Below are positions 47,451 to 56,976 of a stretch of 64,000 nt of DNA, piece by piece (positions within the stretch are counted from its first letter, which is position 1; every line of letters starts with the position of its first letter). The translations under genes were made by a program, and so were the position numbers. This DNA comes from Candidatus Tayloriibacteriota bacterium. GTDB lineage: Bacteria; Patescibacteriota; Minisyncoccia; Phycocordibacterales; PALSA-1337. Below the pieces are notes generated by a model, which did not search any database, was not told where the DNA came from, and saw only the letters and a list, made by a program, of their open reading frames with translations. Location: NCBI GenBank assembly GCA_028286665.1, contig JAQBRD010000012.1, positions 841 to 64,840 of the forward strand, read 5' to 3'.

Positions 47451-47897
47451 ATGAAAACGTTAATTCCACGGCATAGCCTATCCTCGCGAATGCGAGGAAG
47501 CGGCTTGTTTGCCTCGATAGTCGCTATCGCGATATGTGGCGCATTTGCCACCCAGACCGTCCAAGCTTCGCCTCCGCAGACATCTCATGGAAGTGCTGCG
47601 CAGATGGTCGCTTCGGCTCCGTCAACAACGCTTGTCGCGAATGATCGGCTTGTTGCCTCAGAACCGCCAGTGCTCGTCGATTCCGATCAGTTCGGATCGA
47701 TCACCCAAATCGCGAGTATCATTGCGAGTCCTCAACGGCAAAATTCCGCCGTGACGACTATCGGACATGCATTATTGACCGCCACCGGCTCGGATTGCGT
47801 TGCTCAAGCCACGATCGGCATTGATCAATCGTTTACCACTGCAAAGGAGGTTGTTGGGCACGACCACGAATCGGTAGGTCAGATTCTCGCATCCTGA
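47451..47897 (+). CDS. secreted Ser/Thr/Ala-rich hypothetical protein
   Basis: Signal peptide ending VQA; lies between a promoter/leader and a terminator. Confidence 0.55.
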   Translation: MKTLIPRHSLSSRMRGSGLFASIVAIAICGAFATQTVQASPPQTSHGSAAQMVASAPSTTLVANDRLVASEPPVLVDSDQFGSITQIASIIASPQRQNSAVTTIGHALLTATGSDCVAQATIGIDQSFTTAKEVVGHDHESVGQILAS

Positions 47898-47981
47898 TAA
47901 TAATCGCGCGAGTAATCGCTCAACCTTCAACCCTTAACCATGCGGTCGCAGGTATCAGTCTAATCAATGACAAATATTCTT

Positions 47982-48018
47982 AAGGCAGGGGAACGCAAAG
48001 CCGTCCCCCTGCCTTTTG
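47982..48018 (+). terminator. intrinsic terminator
   Basis: AAGGCAGGGG...CCCCTGCCTT-TT. Confidence 0.75.
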
Positions 48019-48074
48019 ATTTTCCTGCATAAGCCCCTGTGCTACACTATTCTTATTACCATTCATCTATCTCT

Positions 48075-48785
48075 ATGAATACTTTCAATGCGAAATTCCG
48101 CAGCGCCGCTTCAAAGATAGCATCATTTTGTGCAGTTGCAGCGATCATGCTCGCGCCTGCCGTTTCATCTGCGCATGTCGTCGTAACTCCCAATACGGCA
48201 GCAGGCACGTCCTATCAGACATTCTCGATAGGAGTTCCGTCGGAACGCGAAAGCTCGACAGTCTCGATTCGTCTCGCCATTCCAGAGTTGCTCTCAAGCG
48301 TCCGTCCGAATGTGAAGCCTGGCTGGAAGATCGATATCCATTCTGCGCAGAAGGGAACATCGACTGTCGTGACGGAGATCGTCTGGAGCGGAGGATCGAT
48401 CCCTGCAGGTTTCAGAGACGATTTCGCCTTCAGCGTGAAGACTCCGGCATCCGGTTCCATCATCTGGAAAGCGTATCAGACCTATGCCGATGGCAAGACC
48501 TTCGCCTGGGATGCGCAGCCGGCCGCTGAGCATGGACACGATCATGAAAGCGTATCCGGGCCGTACTCGACGACGAAGATCATTGCTGCTCCTGCGGGCG
48601 CGATGATGCGTGACGATGATGGTGGAGATATGCATATGGATAGCGACATGCATGACAGCGATGCTTCTGCTGCGCCCAGCCATGCCGATCACTCGACGCA
48701 TGACCTCATCCTGCCGCTCATCGCTATCGGGCTGGCGCTCGTCGCGCTCATGGAGATCGAGAAGCTGCATAAGAAGATCAAATAA
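48075..48785 (+). CDS. YcnI (DUF1775) copper-binding protein
   Basis: Signal ..SA|HVVV, VPSER, PGW, W..YQTY.DG...W; His/Met-rich linker and C-terminal TM. Confidence 0.88.
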   Translation: MNTFNAKFRSAASKIASFCAVAAIMLAPAVSSAHVVVTPNTAAGTSYQTFSIGVPSERESSTVSIRLAIPELLSSVRPNVKPGWKIDIHSAQKGTSTVVTEIVWSGGSIPAGFRDDFAFSVKTPASGSIIWKAYQTYADGKTFAWDAQPAAEHGHDHESVSGPYSTTKIIAAPAGAMMRDDDGGDMHMDSDMHDSDASAAPSHADHSTHDLILPLIAIGLALVALMEIEKLHKKIK

Positions 48786-48791
48786 TTCGAA

Positions 48792-49574
48792 ATGAACTCA
48801 AGGATCAATGCGCAAATCATCGCCAACTGCCGCCTCGTCATGGAGGCGTTCAAGGCCGGCAAGCTCGGCCAGACGCGCATGCCGGAGGATTCGAATCCAT
48901 GGTTTTCGAGCAGAGCGGCTCCGACAGGGAAAACTTCTGCCAAAGACTGCGAGATGCGCCTCGCGTATTTCACGCTGCCCATGGCGCTCAACTATCAGCG
49001 CGACAGCTACAAGCTGTGGGAAGCCGCGCTCAAGACCTTCAATGATCCTGAAACGAGGTTCGTATTTGATGTCGCCGCATTGACGAAGGCATCAGAAAGC
49101 GAAGTGCGTGCGGCGCTCACGAAGCACAAGGTCGCGCTCCAGCCGAACAAGCATATCGCGACATGGCGGACGATCGCGCGCACCATTCATGAGCATTGGG
49201 GATCGTTCGAGAAATTTTTCGATGCAGTCGATGGAGATTTCCTGATACTCAAGCGCCTCGTGAATATCGATCACAAGAAAGGCTTCCCGTATATTTCCGG
49301 CCCGAAGATATTCAATTACTGGTCATTCATCATCACGACGTATGGCGGCGTGCGGCTCACGAATCGAGGTCATATCGAGATCGCGCCTGATACGCATATC
49401 ACGCAATGCTCGGTGAAGCTCGGCGTCATAACCGCGCTCGAAGCAGAAGCGCTCGGCAAGGAAGCCGTCTCGCTCCGATGGCGAGAATTGCTCAGCGAAA
49501 GCGGCATCGATCCGATCGACATGCATCCGCCGCTCTGGTTCTGGAGCAGGAACGGGTTTATTTTCGAGCTTTGA
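48792..49574 (+). CDS. hypothetical protein, HhH-GPD glycosylase-like
   Basis: FPYISGPKI followed by I.PDTH, resembling HhH plus catalytic Asp. Confidence 0.5.
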   Translation: MNSRINAQIIANCRLVMEAFKAGKLGQTRMPEDSNPWFSSRAAPTGKTSAKDCEMRLAYFTLPMALNYQRDSYKLWEAALKTFNDPETRFVFDVAALTKASESEVRAALTKHKVALQPNKHIATWRTIARTIHEHWGSFEKFFDAVDGDFLILKRLVNIDHKKGFPYISGPKIFNYWSFIITTYGGVRLTNRGHIEIAPDTHITQCSVKLGVITALEAEALGKEAVSLRWRELLSESGIDPIDMHPPLWFWSRNGFIFEL

Positions 49575-49577
49575 TTT

Positions 49578-49895
49578 TCAGCTGATTTTATTGAAGAAGC
49601 AGGTGGCGCTTCCGGTGTGGCATGCTCCGATGCCATTCTGCTCGACGACATATATGAGAGCGTCGCTGTCGCAATCAGCATATATTTCTCTGATGATCTG
49701 GGTGTTGCCGCTCGTCGCGCCTTTCACCCATAACTCATTCCGCGATGTCGAATAATAGGTCGCGATGCCGGTTTCGATAGTCTGCTGCAGCGCTGCATCG
49801 TCTGCATATGCGAGCATGAGCACTGCGCGCGTCTGCGAATCCTGCGCGATCACGGGAACAAGCCCGCCGCGCTTCTTGAAGTCGATAGTTTCCAT
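49578..49895 (-). CDS. hisI: phosphoribosyl-AMP cyclohydrolase
   Basis: [31 protein letters not shown]...CF. Confidence 0.96.
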   Translation of the reverse strand: METIDFKKRGGLVPVIAQDSQTRAVLMLAYADDAALQQTIETGIATYYSTSRNELWVKGATSGNTQIIREIYADCDSDALIYVVEQNGIGACHTGSATCFFNKIS

Positions 49896-49900
49896 GATTC

Positions 49901-50779
49901 TTAATAGATTATCTTATTGAGCGGATACTCGATGATGCCTTCGGCGCCGAGGCGCTTCAATTCAGGGATGATCGATTTGACCGTCGTTTCGGGAAGGATT
50001 GATTCGAGCGAGATCCAGCGCCTGTCCGCGAGCGGGGAGATCGTCGGCTTGCGAAGCGCCGGCAGCGAGCTCAGGATCTTCGGCAGGGAACATTTGCGAA
50101 TGTTGAGCTTCAATCCGACCATGCCTTGCGCATCAAGCGCGCTCTTCAGAAGAAGCGAAATCGCTTCCATTTTCTGACGCTTCCAGCCATCTTTGAAGCT
50201 TTCCTCGTTTGCGATGACGCGCGTAGTGGATTCGAGGATCGTTTCGATGACTCGGAGGCTATTCGCACGAATGGACTTGCCGCTGTCTGAAAGCTCGGCG
50301 ATGGCGTCGACGAGGTAGGGGGCTTTCGATTCGGTCGCGCCCCATGAGAATTCGACCTTCGCATCGATGCGATTCTTCCTCAGGAATTTCTTCGTCACAT
50401 TGACGAGTTCGGTGGCTATCGTTTTTCCTTCGAGGTCCTCGATCGTCCGGATCTCTGACTTTTCAGGAACGGCGAGGACGAGCTTCACCGGGTTGCTGCC
50501 TTGCTTCGAGTAGATCAGTTCTGAGAGCTCGCGTACCTGCGCGTCGTTTTCCTCGATCCAGTCCTTTCCGGTGATGCCGAGATCGAATTTGCCTTGCTCG
50601 ACATAGCGGGGGATTTCCTGCGCTCGGATGAGCGTGCACTCGATCTCAGGATCATCGATGCGCGGCGCATATGATCGGCTGTCGGCATCGATCCTGAAGC
50701 CGGCCTTGGCGAATAATGCGATCGTCGCTTCCTTGAGGCTGCCTGCGGGGAGGGCGATCCTGAGCTTGTTCGTTTTCAT
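49901..50779 (-). CDS. hisG: ATP phosphoribosyltransferase, long form
   Basis: [21 protein letters not shown]-terminal regulatory domain GAEGIIEYP. Confidence 0.96.
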   Translation of the reverse strand: MKTNKLRIALPAGSLKEATIALFAKAGFRIDADSRSYAPRIDDPEIECTLIRAQEIPRYVEQGKFDLGITGKDWIEENDAQVRELSELIYSKQGSNPVKLVLAVPEKSEIRTIEDLEGKTIATELVNVTKKFLRKNRIDAKVEFSWGATESKAPYLVDAIAELSDSGKSIRANSLRVIETILESTTRVIANEESFKDGWKRQKMEAISLLLKSALDAQGMVGLKLNIRKCSLPKILSSLPALRKPTISPLADRRWISLESILPETTVKSIIPELKRLGAEGIIEYPLNKIIY

Positions 50780-50852
50780 CTTGTTTTTTGTTAGTTATTT
50801 TTGTAAGTAGATTTATCATGTCTGCGCAGAGAAAAGCGCGAGAAATATGCAG

Positions 50853-50966
50853 AGAAAAAGCCTCTTGCAGGAGAGGCTTTTTCTGGAGATTGGATTCCGA
50901 CGGAAAAATGCCTCTTTACTGCAAGAGGCTGCTATGGATGTTCCCTTGTCGGATTACTGCTGTCAT
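50853..50966 (-). promoter_or_regulatory. his attenuator (leader peptide, antiterminator, terminator)
   Basis: Leader ORF 50966-50916 MTAVIRQGNIHSSLLQ*; mutually exclusive stems; terminator at 50853-50884. Confidence 0.7.
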
Positions 50967-51049
50967 GAGAATGAGGATATCATGCTGATCGCTCCTTGTC
51001 ATCTCGGAGCAGTCTTGACACGGAATTTAAGATGCTGCATCATATCTAA

Positions 51050-51790
51050 ATGAAACACGCCATCAGGCAGCGTTTTCCAAAAAAAGCCGCTTCTGTCAGC
51101 ATTCCGACGCAAGAAGACATTCTCAAGGAACCTCTGTTCCGAAGGGCAACCGCGGGGTTCGTGCGGCAGCATGGCGGAAGATTCGCTCAGGAATTCCTCG
51201 CGCATGCCGAAAAGCTCGGCTTGGTCAGCGAAAAATCCCGCTTCATGTGCCAGAGAAGCCGCTTCGTAGAAGGAGCATATCCGAGCTCTCCGGACTGGCA
51301 TTTCGATGTCATTCCCGGTCTCCCGAGCTCGATCGAGGAGCATGTCACCAATCCGATCGTCTCGGCGATCTTGTGCGCATGCTCGCCTGATCGGGTTTCG
51401 ACTACCGAATTCATCAGCGAAGGAACGGTCATCATTGACGATGGCTCGAATGAGCGGCAGCACTACAAGGGCGGAGAATATCTCCACGGTACCGGGGGCA
51501 AGGTCAACTTCTTCCATCGGCAGATCGAGGACGCGATCAGCAGGGGAGAAATATCGGCGCAGTCGCTCGAGCCGAATCATATCTACGTCTACGATTCATC
51601 GTCGCTTCACCGAGCTTCGAAATTTACCGTGTCAGGAGGCTACCGCCTGATCATCCGCATCACCAATGCTCCTGATGGCTTCATGCAGGAAATTCCGATA
51701 AATGATCAGATCTTGACGCCCGAGCGCGATCAGTACATCGTATTCGTCGACGGATCCTCGGAGGTGTTCGAGAAGCGCTTCATTTCCTAG
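51050..51790 (+). CDS. hypothetical protein, 2OG-Fe(II) dioxygenase-like
   Basis: WHFD...LHRA...RLIIR (HxD...H...R). Confidence 0.55.
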   Translation: MKHAIRQRFPKKAASVSIPTQEDILKEPLFRRATAGFVRQHGGRFAQEFLAHAEKLGLVSEKSRFMCQRSRFVEGAYPSSPDWHFDVIPGLPSSIEEHVTNPIVSAILCACSPDRVSTTEFISEGTVIIDDGSNERQHYKGGEYLHGTGGKVNFFHRQIEDAISRGEISAQSLEPNHIYVYDSSSLHRASKFTVSGGYRLIIRITNAPDGFMQEIPINDQILTPERDQYIVFVDGSSEVFEKRFIS

Positions 51791-51817
51791 TCGGCCCCCG
51801 TCTGCTATGATGGATAT

Positions 51818-52255
51818 ATGCCTCCGGAAATAACCCAAGAACATATCGATCGCCATGTCCACAGGGGCCTGAAAGCCAGAGTCCGCATCTATTTGTGCAT
51901 ATCCGTATTGATCGTCATAGCGATCGTCTATCGGATCGTCGCGCATGGAAGCGCAGGCTTCTATCCGGTGATCATCTTCATCGTCGGCATCGTGATCGGG
52001 GTCTTTCTCTCGAAGATGTTCAAGATCTCGTGGGATGAGCAGGCGCAGAAAGTCATCTCTCGCATCGATATCTACGGCTTTCTCCTGCTCGCTGCATATA
52101 TCGCATTCGAATTCCTCGGCGAGCGTTACATACACGAGCAATTCTCAGGCTATGATGCCGCGACGATCGTCCTCGCGCTTGCCGGCGGCGCCATCCTCGG
52201 ACGAGGATGGGGAATAGGCCGCAAGATGCTCCAGGTGCTCGGCGAGAATATATAA
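51818..52255 (+). CDS. hypothetical membrane protein
   Basis: 4 TMs; -10 box 6 nt upstream. Confidence 0.7.
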   Translation: MPPEITQEHIDRHVHRGLKARVRIYLCISVLIVIAIVYRIVAHGSAGFYPVIIFIVGIVIGVFLSKMFKISWDEQAQKVISRIDIYGFLLLAAYIAFEFLGERYIHEQFSGYDAATIVLALAGGAILGRGWGIGRKMLQVLGENI

Positions 52256-53041
52256 ATGCGCATGAAAGAATTCCTCATCTTCGGCTTGAAACAGGCGCAA
52301 GCCTGCGTATTCGCGGGGTCATTCTTCGTGCTCCTTTTCCTATCGAATCACATCCCGCTCGAAATGCTCGGCATCGCCCGATACGATTTCCTGTTTGTCG
52401 CCGCACTCCTCATCCAGCTCGTCCTGTATCTCACGAAGCTCGAGACGAAAGACGAGGTGAAAGTCATCTTCCTGTTTCATATCATCGGCCTCGTCCTCGA
52501 GCTCTATAAGACCAGTCCCGGAATCGGATCGTGGAGCTATCCAGAATCCGGGTTCTTCAAGATCGCGACCGTTCCGCTCTATAGCGGCTTCATGTATGCT
52601 GCGGTCGGCAGCTACATGAGCCAGGCCTACAAAATATTCAAGATGGAATTGAAGGATCAGGGCAAATATATCTACAGCATCATCCTGGGCGTATTGATCT
52701 ATGCGAATTTCTTCACCAATCATTTCATCCATGACATCCGCTTCATCCTCATTCCTGCCGTCTTCGTCTTGTATTGGAAGACCCGTGTCTATTTCACCGT
52801 GACGGAGAGGCGCCGCTCGATGCCGCTCAGCATCGCATTCCTGCTCGTCGCATTTTTCATCTGGATTGCGGAGAATATCTCGACGTATCTCGGCGCGTGG
52901 CAATATCCCGATCAGGTGCATGCCTGGACAGTCATCTCGACGCAGAAAGTCAGCTCGTGGTTCCTCATGGTCATCATCAGCTTCATCATCGTCGCGTACC
53001 TGAAGCATTACAAGAAAGACGTGCTGAAAATAGGGAATTGA
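52256..53041 (+). CDS. DUF817 family membrane protein
   Basis: FGLKQA, RYD, VPLYSGFMY, ENI.TY.GAW.YP.Q. Confidence 0.9.
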   Translation: MRMKEFLIFGLKQAQACVFAGSFFVLLFLSNHIPLEMLGIARYDFLFVAALLIQLVLYLTKLETKDEVKVIFLFHIIGLVLELYKTSPGIGSWSYPESGFFKIATVPLYSGFMYAAVGSYMSQAYKIFKMELKDQGKYIYSIILGVLIYANFFTNHFIHDIRFILIPAVFVLYWKTRVYFTVTERRRSMPLSIAFLLVAFFIWIAENISTYLGAWQYPDQVHAWTVISTQKVSSWFLMVIISFIIVAYLKHYKKDVLKIGN

Positions 53042-53078
53042 TATGTTGGCGGATTTGGCTATACTTAGCCATATCACT

Positions 53079-53399
53079 ATGCGAACACTTAAGGAAAACC
53101 CAACCCTCGCGGATATCCAGGAATACGTCGGGGTTCTTGAGCGTGAGCTCGGCTTCGACAAGACGACTACGAATCTGCAGAGCGCACTCCAGCTCGGCGA
53201 GGAAGTGGGCGAGCTCTTCAAGGCGATCAGGAAGGCTGAAAAGATGCGCGTCGCCGGCGATGCGAAGATCGGTTCGATAGACGAAGAGCTGGCAGATATT
53301 CTCATATTCATTTCGGCAATCGCAAACCGCTACAGCATCGATCTCGAGAAAGCCCTCCGCAACAAGGAAGAAATCAATAAGAAGCGGGAGTGGAAATAA
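53079..53399 (+). CDS. MazG-like nucleotide pyrophosphohydrolase
   Basis: EEVGEL...EELAD. Confidence 0.9.
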   Translation: MRTLKENPTLADIQEYVGVLERELGFDKTTTNLQSALQLGEEVGELFKAIRKAEKMRVAGDAKIGSIDEELADILIFISAIANRYSIDLEKALRNKEEINKKREWK

Positions 53400-53412
53400 T
53401 CTACAATCATCT

Positions 53413-53982
53413 ATGAACACGAAACCATCGAAAGTTTTCATTATTCATGGATTTGACGGAAGTCCGAATGGCGGATGGAGACCTTGGCTTATGGGCGAAT
53501 TAGAGAAATCCGACATATACGCGTGCGCCCTCTCGATGCCGACTCCAGCTGAACCTCTTTGCGACGAATGGGTGGAAGAGATAGGTCGGCATGTGCAGCG
53601 GAACAGCGACGCAAATATTTATCTGGTCGGCCATAGCCTCGGAGTTCCTGCGATACTCCGTTATCTCGAATCCATGCCTGATTCAACGAAGCTCGCCGGG
53701 ACGGTCCTTGTTTCAGGTCCGTGTACTCAGACGAAGAATGAGAAGCTCAAGCATTTCTTGGAGAAGCCCTTCGATTTCAGCTCGATACGATCGAAAGCTG
53801 GTAAAGTCGCAATCATTCACGGAGATAATGATGAAGTCGTTCTTGTCACCGAAGCGCACATCCTTTGCGAAAAGCTTGGTGGGGAATTGCACATTGTGAA
53901 GAACGGAGGCCATCTCAATGGCTCATCAGGATGGTTCGCGCTTCCGGATTGCCTCGCGGTTCTTAAAAACTGGATCGACTGA
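53413..53982 (+). CDS. RBBP9/YdeN alpha/beta hydrolase
   Basis: IIHG, GHSLG, DND, GGHLN. Confidence 0.92.
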   Translation: MNTKPSKVFIIHGFDGSPNGGWRPWLMGELEKSDIYACALSMPTPAEPLCDEWVEEIGRHVQRNSDANIYLVGHSLGVPAILRYLESMPDSTKLAGTVLVSGPCTQTKNEKLKHFLEKPFDFSSIRSKAGKVAIIHGDNDEVVLVTEAHILCEKLGGELHIVKNGGHLNGSSGWFALPDCLAVLKNWID

Positions 53983-54014
53983 AAGAGCCCCGCCCGTTCT
54001 GCGGCATCGGCCGT

Positions 54015-54998
54015 ATGCAGGAAAAACCCCTCAAGCCTTTCAAGAAAATCGGCCCGCTTTTCATCTCGGCGCATTTCAAGGACGCGAAAGATCCATGCAT
54101 CGTTTTTGACGGCCGCATCTGGCATATCTACGGTTCCGGCGGCAATGTCCGCAAGGAAGAATGGAAAGTCCTCCATGCGACCGCGCAGTCGATCGAAGGT
54201 CCATGGACGGAACAGGAACCGGCGATCCTGCTCGGCCTCGACGGTCCGCATGTCGCCGCGCCGAGCGTCGTCTACGATCCGGCTGACAAGCTTTTCCATA
54301 TGGCCATCCAGAAAGACTTCATGATGATCGGCGGGGGAATCGAGTATCTTGTCTCGGCTGACGGGAAGAAATTCACCCTGACGCATACGCTCCTGGACCC
54401 GATCTCGGATTCGTCGGAGGCCGGCCTGTATGACCCGCATTTTTCTGAAGCAGACGGCAAGAAATACATGGTCTATGCCGGCATGCCGTCGAAGATGACG
54501 TATGCGCGCGCATTCACGCCGCAGCCCGATGCGTATCTCGCCGAAAGCGAATCCGGCCTCTGGTCCGGTCCGTGGAAGCGCCTCAAGAAGATCCTCGATC
54601 ATGACGATATCGCCTGGCATCACAATAGCCGCGAGCACGTCGATTATGAATGGGGCATCGAAGGCCCGCAGATCGTCGCCCTGCCGAACGGGAAAGTCCT
54701 GCTCAATGCGACCTGCTTCATCGAAGGCGAGCGGCGGGGAACCCGTCAGCGGGTTTTCTTCGCGCTCGCCGATCGCCCCGAAGGTCCGTATCGAAGCCTC
54801 GGCCCGGTCATTCCTCCGGGCGCTTCGGATTCTGCAGATCAGGAATGGGAATCCGGAGAGAACGGCCACGCGAGCGCGTACGTGAAAGACGACATCCTGC
54901 ATCTTTTCTATCAGGCTCGCTCGCGGAAAGATCCTGATCCGAGGGCCAATAATTGGCAGTACGGCCTCGCGCTTTTCAGGCTCGATGACATGCGGTGA
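54015..54998 (+). CDS. five-bladed beta-propeller glycoside hydrolase (GH43/GH32-like)
   Basis: KDP, AAPS, YDP, IEGP, NGHAS blade motifs. Confidence 0.75.
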   Translation: MQEKPLKPFKKIGPLFISAHFKDAKDPCIVFDGRIWHIYGSGGNVRKEEWKVLHATAQSIEGPWTEQEPAILLGLDGPHVAAPSVVYDPADKLFHMAIQKDFMMIGGGIEYLVSADGKKFTLTHTLLDPISDSSEAGLYDPHFSEADGKKYMVYAGMPSKMTYARAFTPQPDAYLAESESGLWSGPWKRLKKILDHDDIAWHHNSREHVDYEWGIEGPQIVALPNGKVLLNATCFIEGERRGTRQRVFFALADRPEGPYRSLGPVIPPGASDSADQEWESGENGHASAYVKDDILHLFYQARSRKDPDPRANNWQYGLALFRLDDMR

Positions 54999-55003
54999 TT
55001 TTC

Positions 55004-55029
55004 TGTAATTTTTGCTTTTGCGGAACGAC
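55004..55029 (+). promoter_or_regulatory. putative ECF promoter
   Basis: TGTAAT-N16-CGAC. Confidence 0.55.
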
Positions 55030-55038
55030 TTCATCAGT

Positions 55039-55584
55039 ATGAAACATTTAATCACAGGAATTTTCGAATCAAGGGACGCAGCCGAAAAGGCCATTAATCA
55101 TATTCATAACGAATTGAAGATTCCGAATGAGGATATTTCCTTCATCTATCGGAATACGAAGGGGGAGATACGCGAAGTCGATACGAGCGCCATCAGCACG
55201 AATACTCCTGCCGAAGGAGCGAAGACGGGAGCCGCAGTCGGCGGAACTCTCGGAGCCATCGCCGGCCTTGCGGTCGTAGCCGGACTCATCCCGGTCATCG
55301 GACCGGTCTTTGTCGCCGGAACGCTCGCATCAGCTTTGGGAATCGGACTTACCGGAGCAGTCGGCACGACCATCGCAGGAGCGCTCACCGGAGCTGCCGC
55401 TGGCGGACTTGTCGGAAGCCTCGCGAGCATGGGCGTCGGAAAGGAGAATGCACAGCGTTACGCTGACCGCGTCCTTGCGGGAGACATTCTGGTTGCGGTA
55501 TATTCGACGGACCCTGCGAACGTCGCGACGCTCATGGACAAGACCGGCGCGGTCGAGATCAACAAATACGCTCCGAAGATCTAA
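55039..55584 (+). CDS. general stress protein (Gly-zipper membrane type)
   Basis: GAAVGGTLG...IPVIGP...GGLVG...Y...G.ILV.V. Confidence 0.8.
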   Translation: MKHLITGIFESRDAAEKAINHIHNELKIPNEDISFIYRNTKGEIREVDTSAISTNTPAEGAKTGAAVGGTLGAIAGLAVVAGLIPVIGPVFVAGTLASALGIGLTGAVGTTIAGALTGAAAGGLVGSLASMGVGKENAQRYADRVLAGDILVAVYSTDPANVATLMDKTGAVEINKYAPKI

Positions 55585-55613
55585 TCAGCGCGGCTTCCGC
55601 GCATTCCGAACCA

Positions 55614-55829
55614 ATGAACCGCTACGGACCGAAAGCTTCGAAGAAAGTCGGGAAAGCCATGCATGAATACAAGCGCGGCGATTTGAAGATGGGCAGAAGC
55701 GGAAAGAAGGTGAAGAGCCGCAAGCAGGCCATTGCCATCGGCCTCTCCGAAGCGAAGAGATCCGGAGCGAAAGTGCCTCCGGCGCCGAAGCGTTCCGTAT
55801 CGCGCAGCAAGCGAAAACCTATCAGATAA
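55614..55829 (+). CDS. DUF6496-like small basic protein
   Basis: VKSRKQAIAIGLSEA..GAKVP. Confidence 0.85.
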   Translation: MNRYGPKASKKVGKAMHEYKRGDLKMGRSGKKVKSRKQAIAIGLSEAKRSGAKVPPAPKRSVSRSKRKPIR

Positions 55830-55842
55830 TCATTTCAACCAC

Positions 55843-56331
55843 ATGAAACAGCCGACGAATCTAGCTGATCTTTTCGTGATCAAGCTGAAGACGCTCTACG
55901 ACATCGAAATCGAGCTTGTGAAGGCTATTCCGAAGATGATCAGGAAGGCAACGGACGAAGAGCTCGCTGAAGGCCTGTCGATGCATCTCGACGAAACCAA
56001 GCAGCATGTGCAGCGTCTCGAGAACATCTTCGAGATGCTCGACGTGAAGCCGGGCAAGATCAAATGCGAAGCGATCCGCGGGCTCGTCGCAGACGCGCAA
56101 TGGGTAATGGATACCATCGAAGACTCGATCCTGCTCGACATCAATATCTGCGCAGCAGCAGGCTATATCGAGCACTATGAGATCGCGGGCTATACGACTG
56201 CATACGAGTGGGCGAGCAGCCTCGATGAGGAAGAGATCGCCGATATCCTCGGTGAGACCCTCGCTGAAGAGAAGTCCGCCAATGAATCGCTTCTCGAGCG
56301 TTCAAGCGCGCTTATTACTGGAACGCTCTGA
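55843..56331 (+). CDS. YciE/YciF ferritin-like protein (DUF892)
   Basis: HLDET..HV.RLE, EHYEIA.Y, EEK. Confidence 0.92.
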   Translation: MKQPTNLADLFVIKLKTLYDIEIELVKAIPKMIRKATDEELAEGLSMHLDETKQHVQRLENIFEMLDVKPGKIKCEAIRGLVADAQWVMDTIEDSILLDINICAAAGYIEHYEIAGYTTAYEWASSLDEEEIADILGETLAEEKSANESLLERSSALITGTL

Positions 56332-56347
56332 ATTCATCGATGCAGAT

Positions 56348-56383
56348 CGCATGAAAGCCCCGTACGTACGGGGCTTTCATGCG
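56348..56383. terminator. perfect 36-bp palindrome between convergent genes
   Basis: CGCATGAAAGCCCCGTAC|GTACGGGGCTTTCATGCG. Confidence 0.7.
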
Positions 56384-56433
56384 TACTCGCTTGGTGTGCT
56401 CGAGATCAATTGGTCCGAAGGCCAAGAGGTCTT

Positions 56434-56847
56434 CTATCTTGTAGCGTTGGTGCTTGTCCCGTACAAGAGCGAGAGCCATCCGCGCGCTGCAAAATCATTG
56501 GTCATTCCTTGTCGCGTCATCGGTCCGAAATATCCGGTCGATGGGACATTGATGCTTGCCTGATACTGCGCGAGCGCCGCCTTCGTCATCGGTCCGAAAT
56601 ATCCGAGCTGCACGGTTGCCGGCACGTTGAGATATCCGAGCTCGGAGAGGATTCCCTGAAGCTGGACGACGTCATTGTTCGACGAGCCGGTCGTGAGATT
56701 CATATTGTCGGCGAGAAGAGTGAATTGAGGCTGCGATGCGAGCGTAACGGACATGTATTGAGCATGAGCTCCTTTCACGAATGCTCCGGCGCTTGCTGCT
56801 GCCGCAATGATGGCTGCTGCGGCTAGAACTCCCTTGATATGTTTCAT
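56434..56847 (-). CDS. secreted peptidoglycan-binding domain protein
   Basis: Signal; DVVQLQ..L..LGY, GYFGPMT twice. Confidence 0.9.
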   Translation of the reverse strand: MKHIKGVLAAAAIIAAAASAGAFVKGAHAQYMSVTLASQPQFTLLADNMNLTTGSSNNDVVQLQGILSELGYLNVPATVQLGYFGPMTKAALAQYQASINVPSTGYFGPMTRQGMTNDFAARGWLSLLYGTSTNATR

Positions 56848-56924
56848 AGTATTTGATGAATTTAATTATAGGGCATACATTACTGATAATACGTGCCTTT
56901 ACGTGACCTTTATACTCTATATAT

Positions 56925-56950
56925 GACGTATGTTCTTCTGCTGGATTACA
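56925..56950 (-). promoter_or_regulatory. putative ECF promoter
   Basis: TGTAAT-N16-CGTC on the minus strand, upstream of the PG-binding gene. Confidence 0.6.
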
Positions 56951-56976
56951 TGCCTTCTGAGTGCTACAATTCGGCC

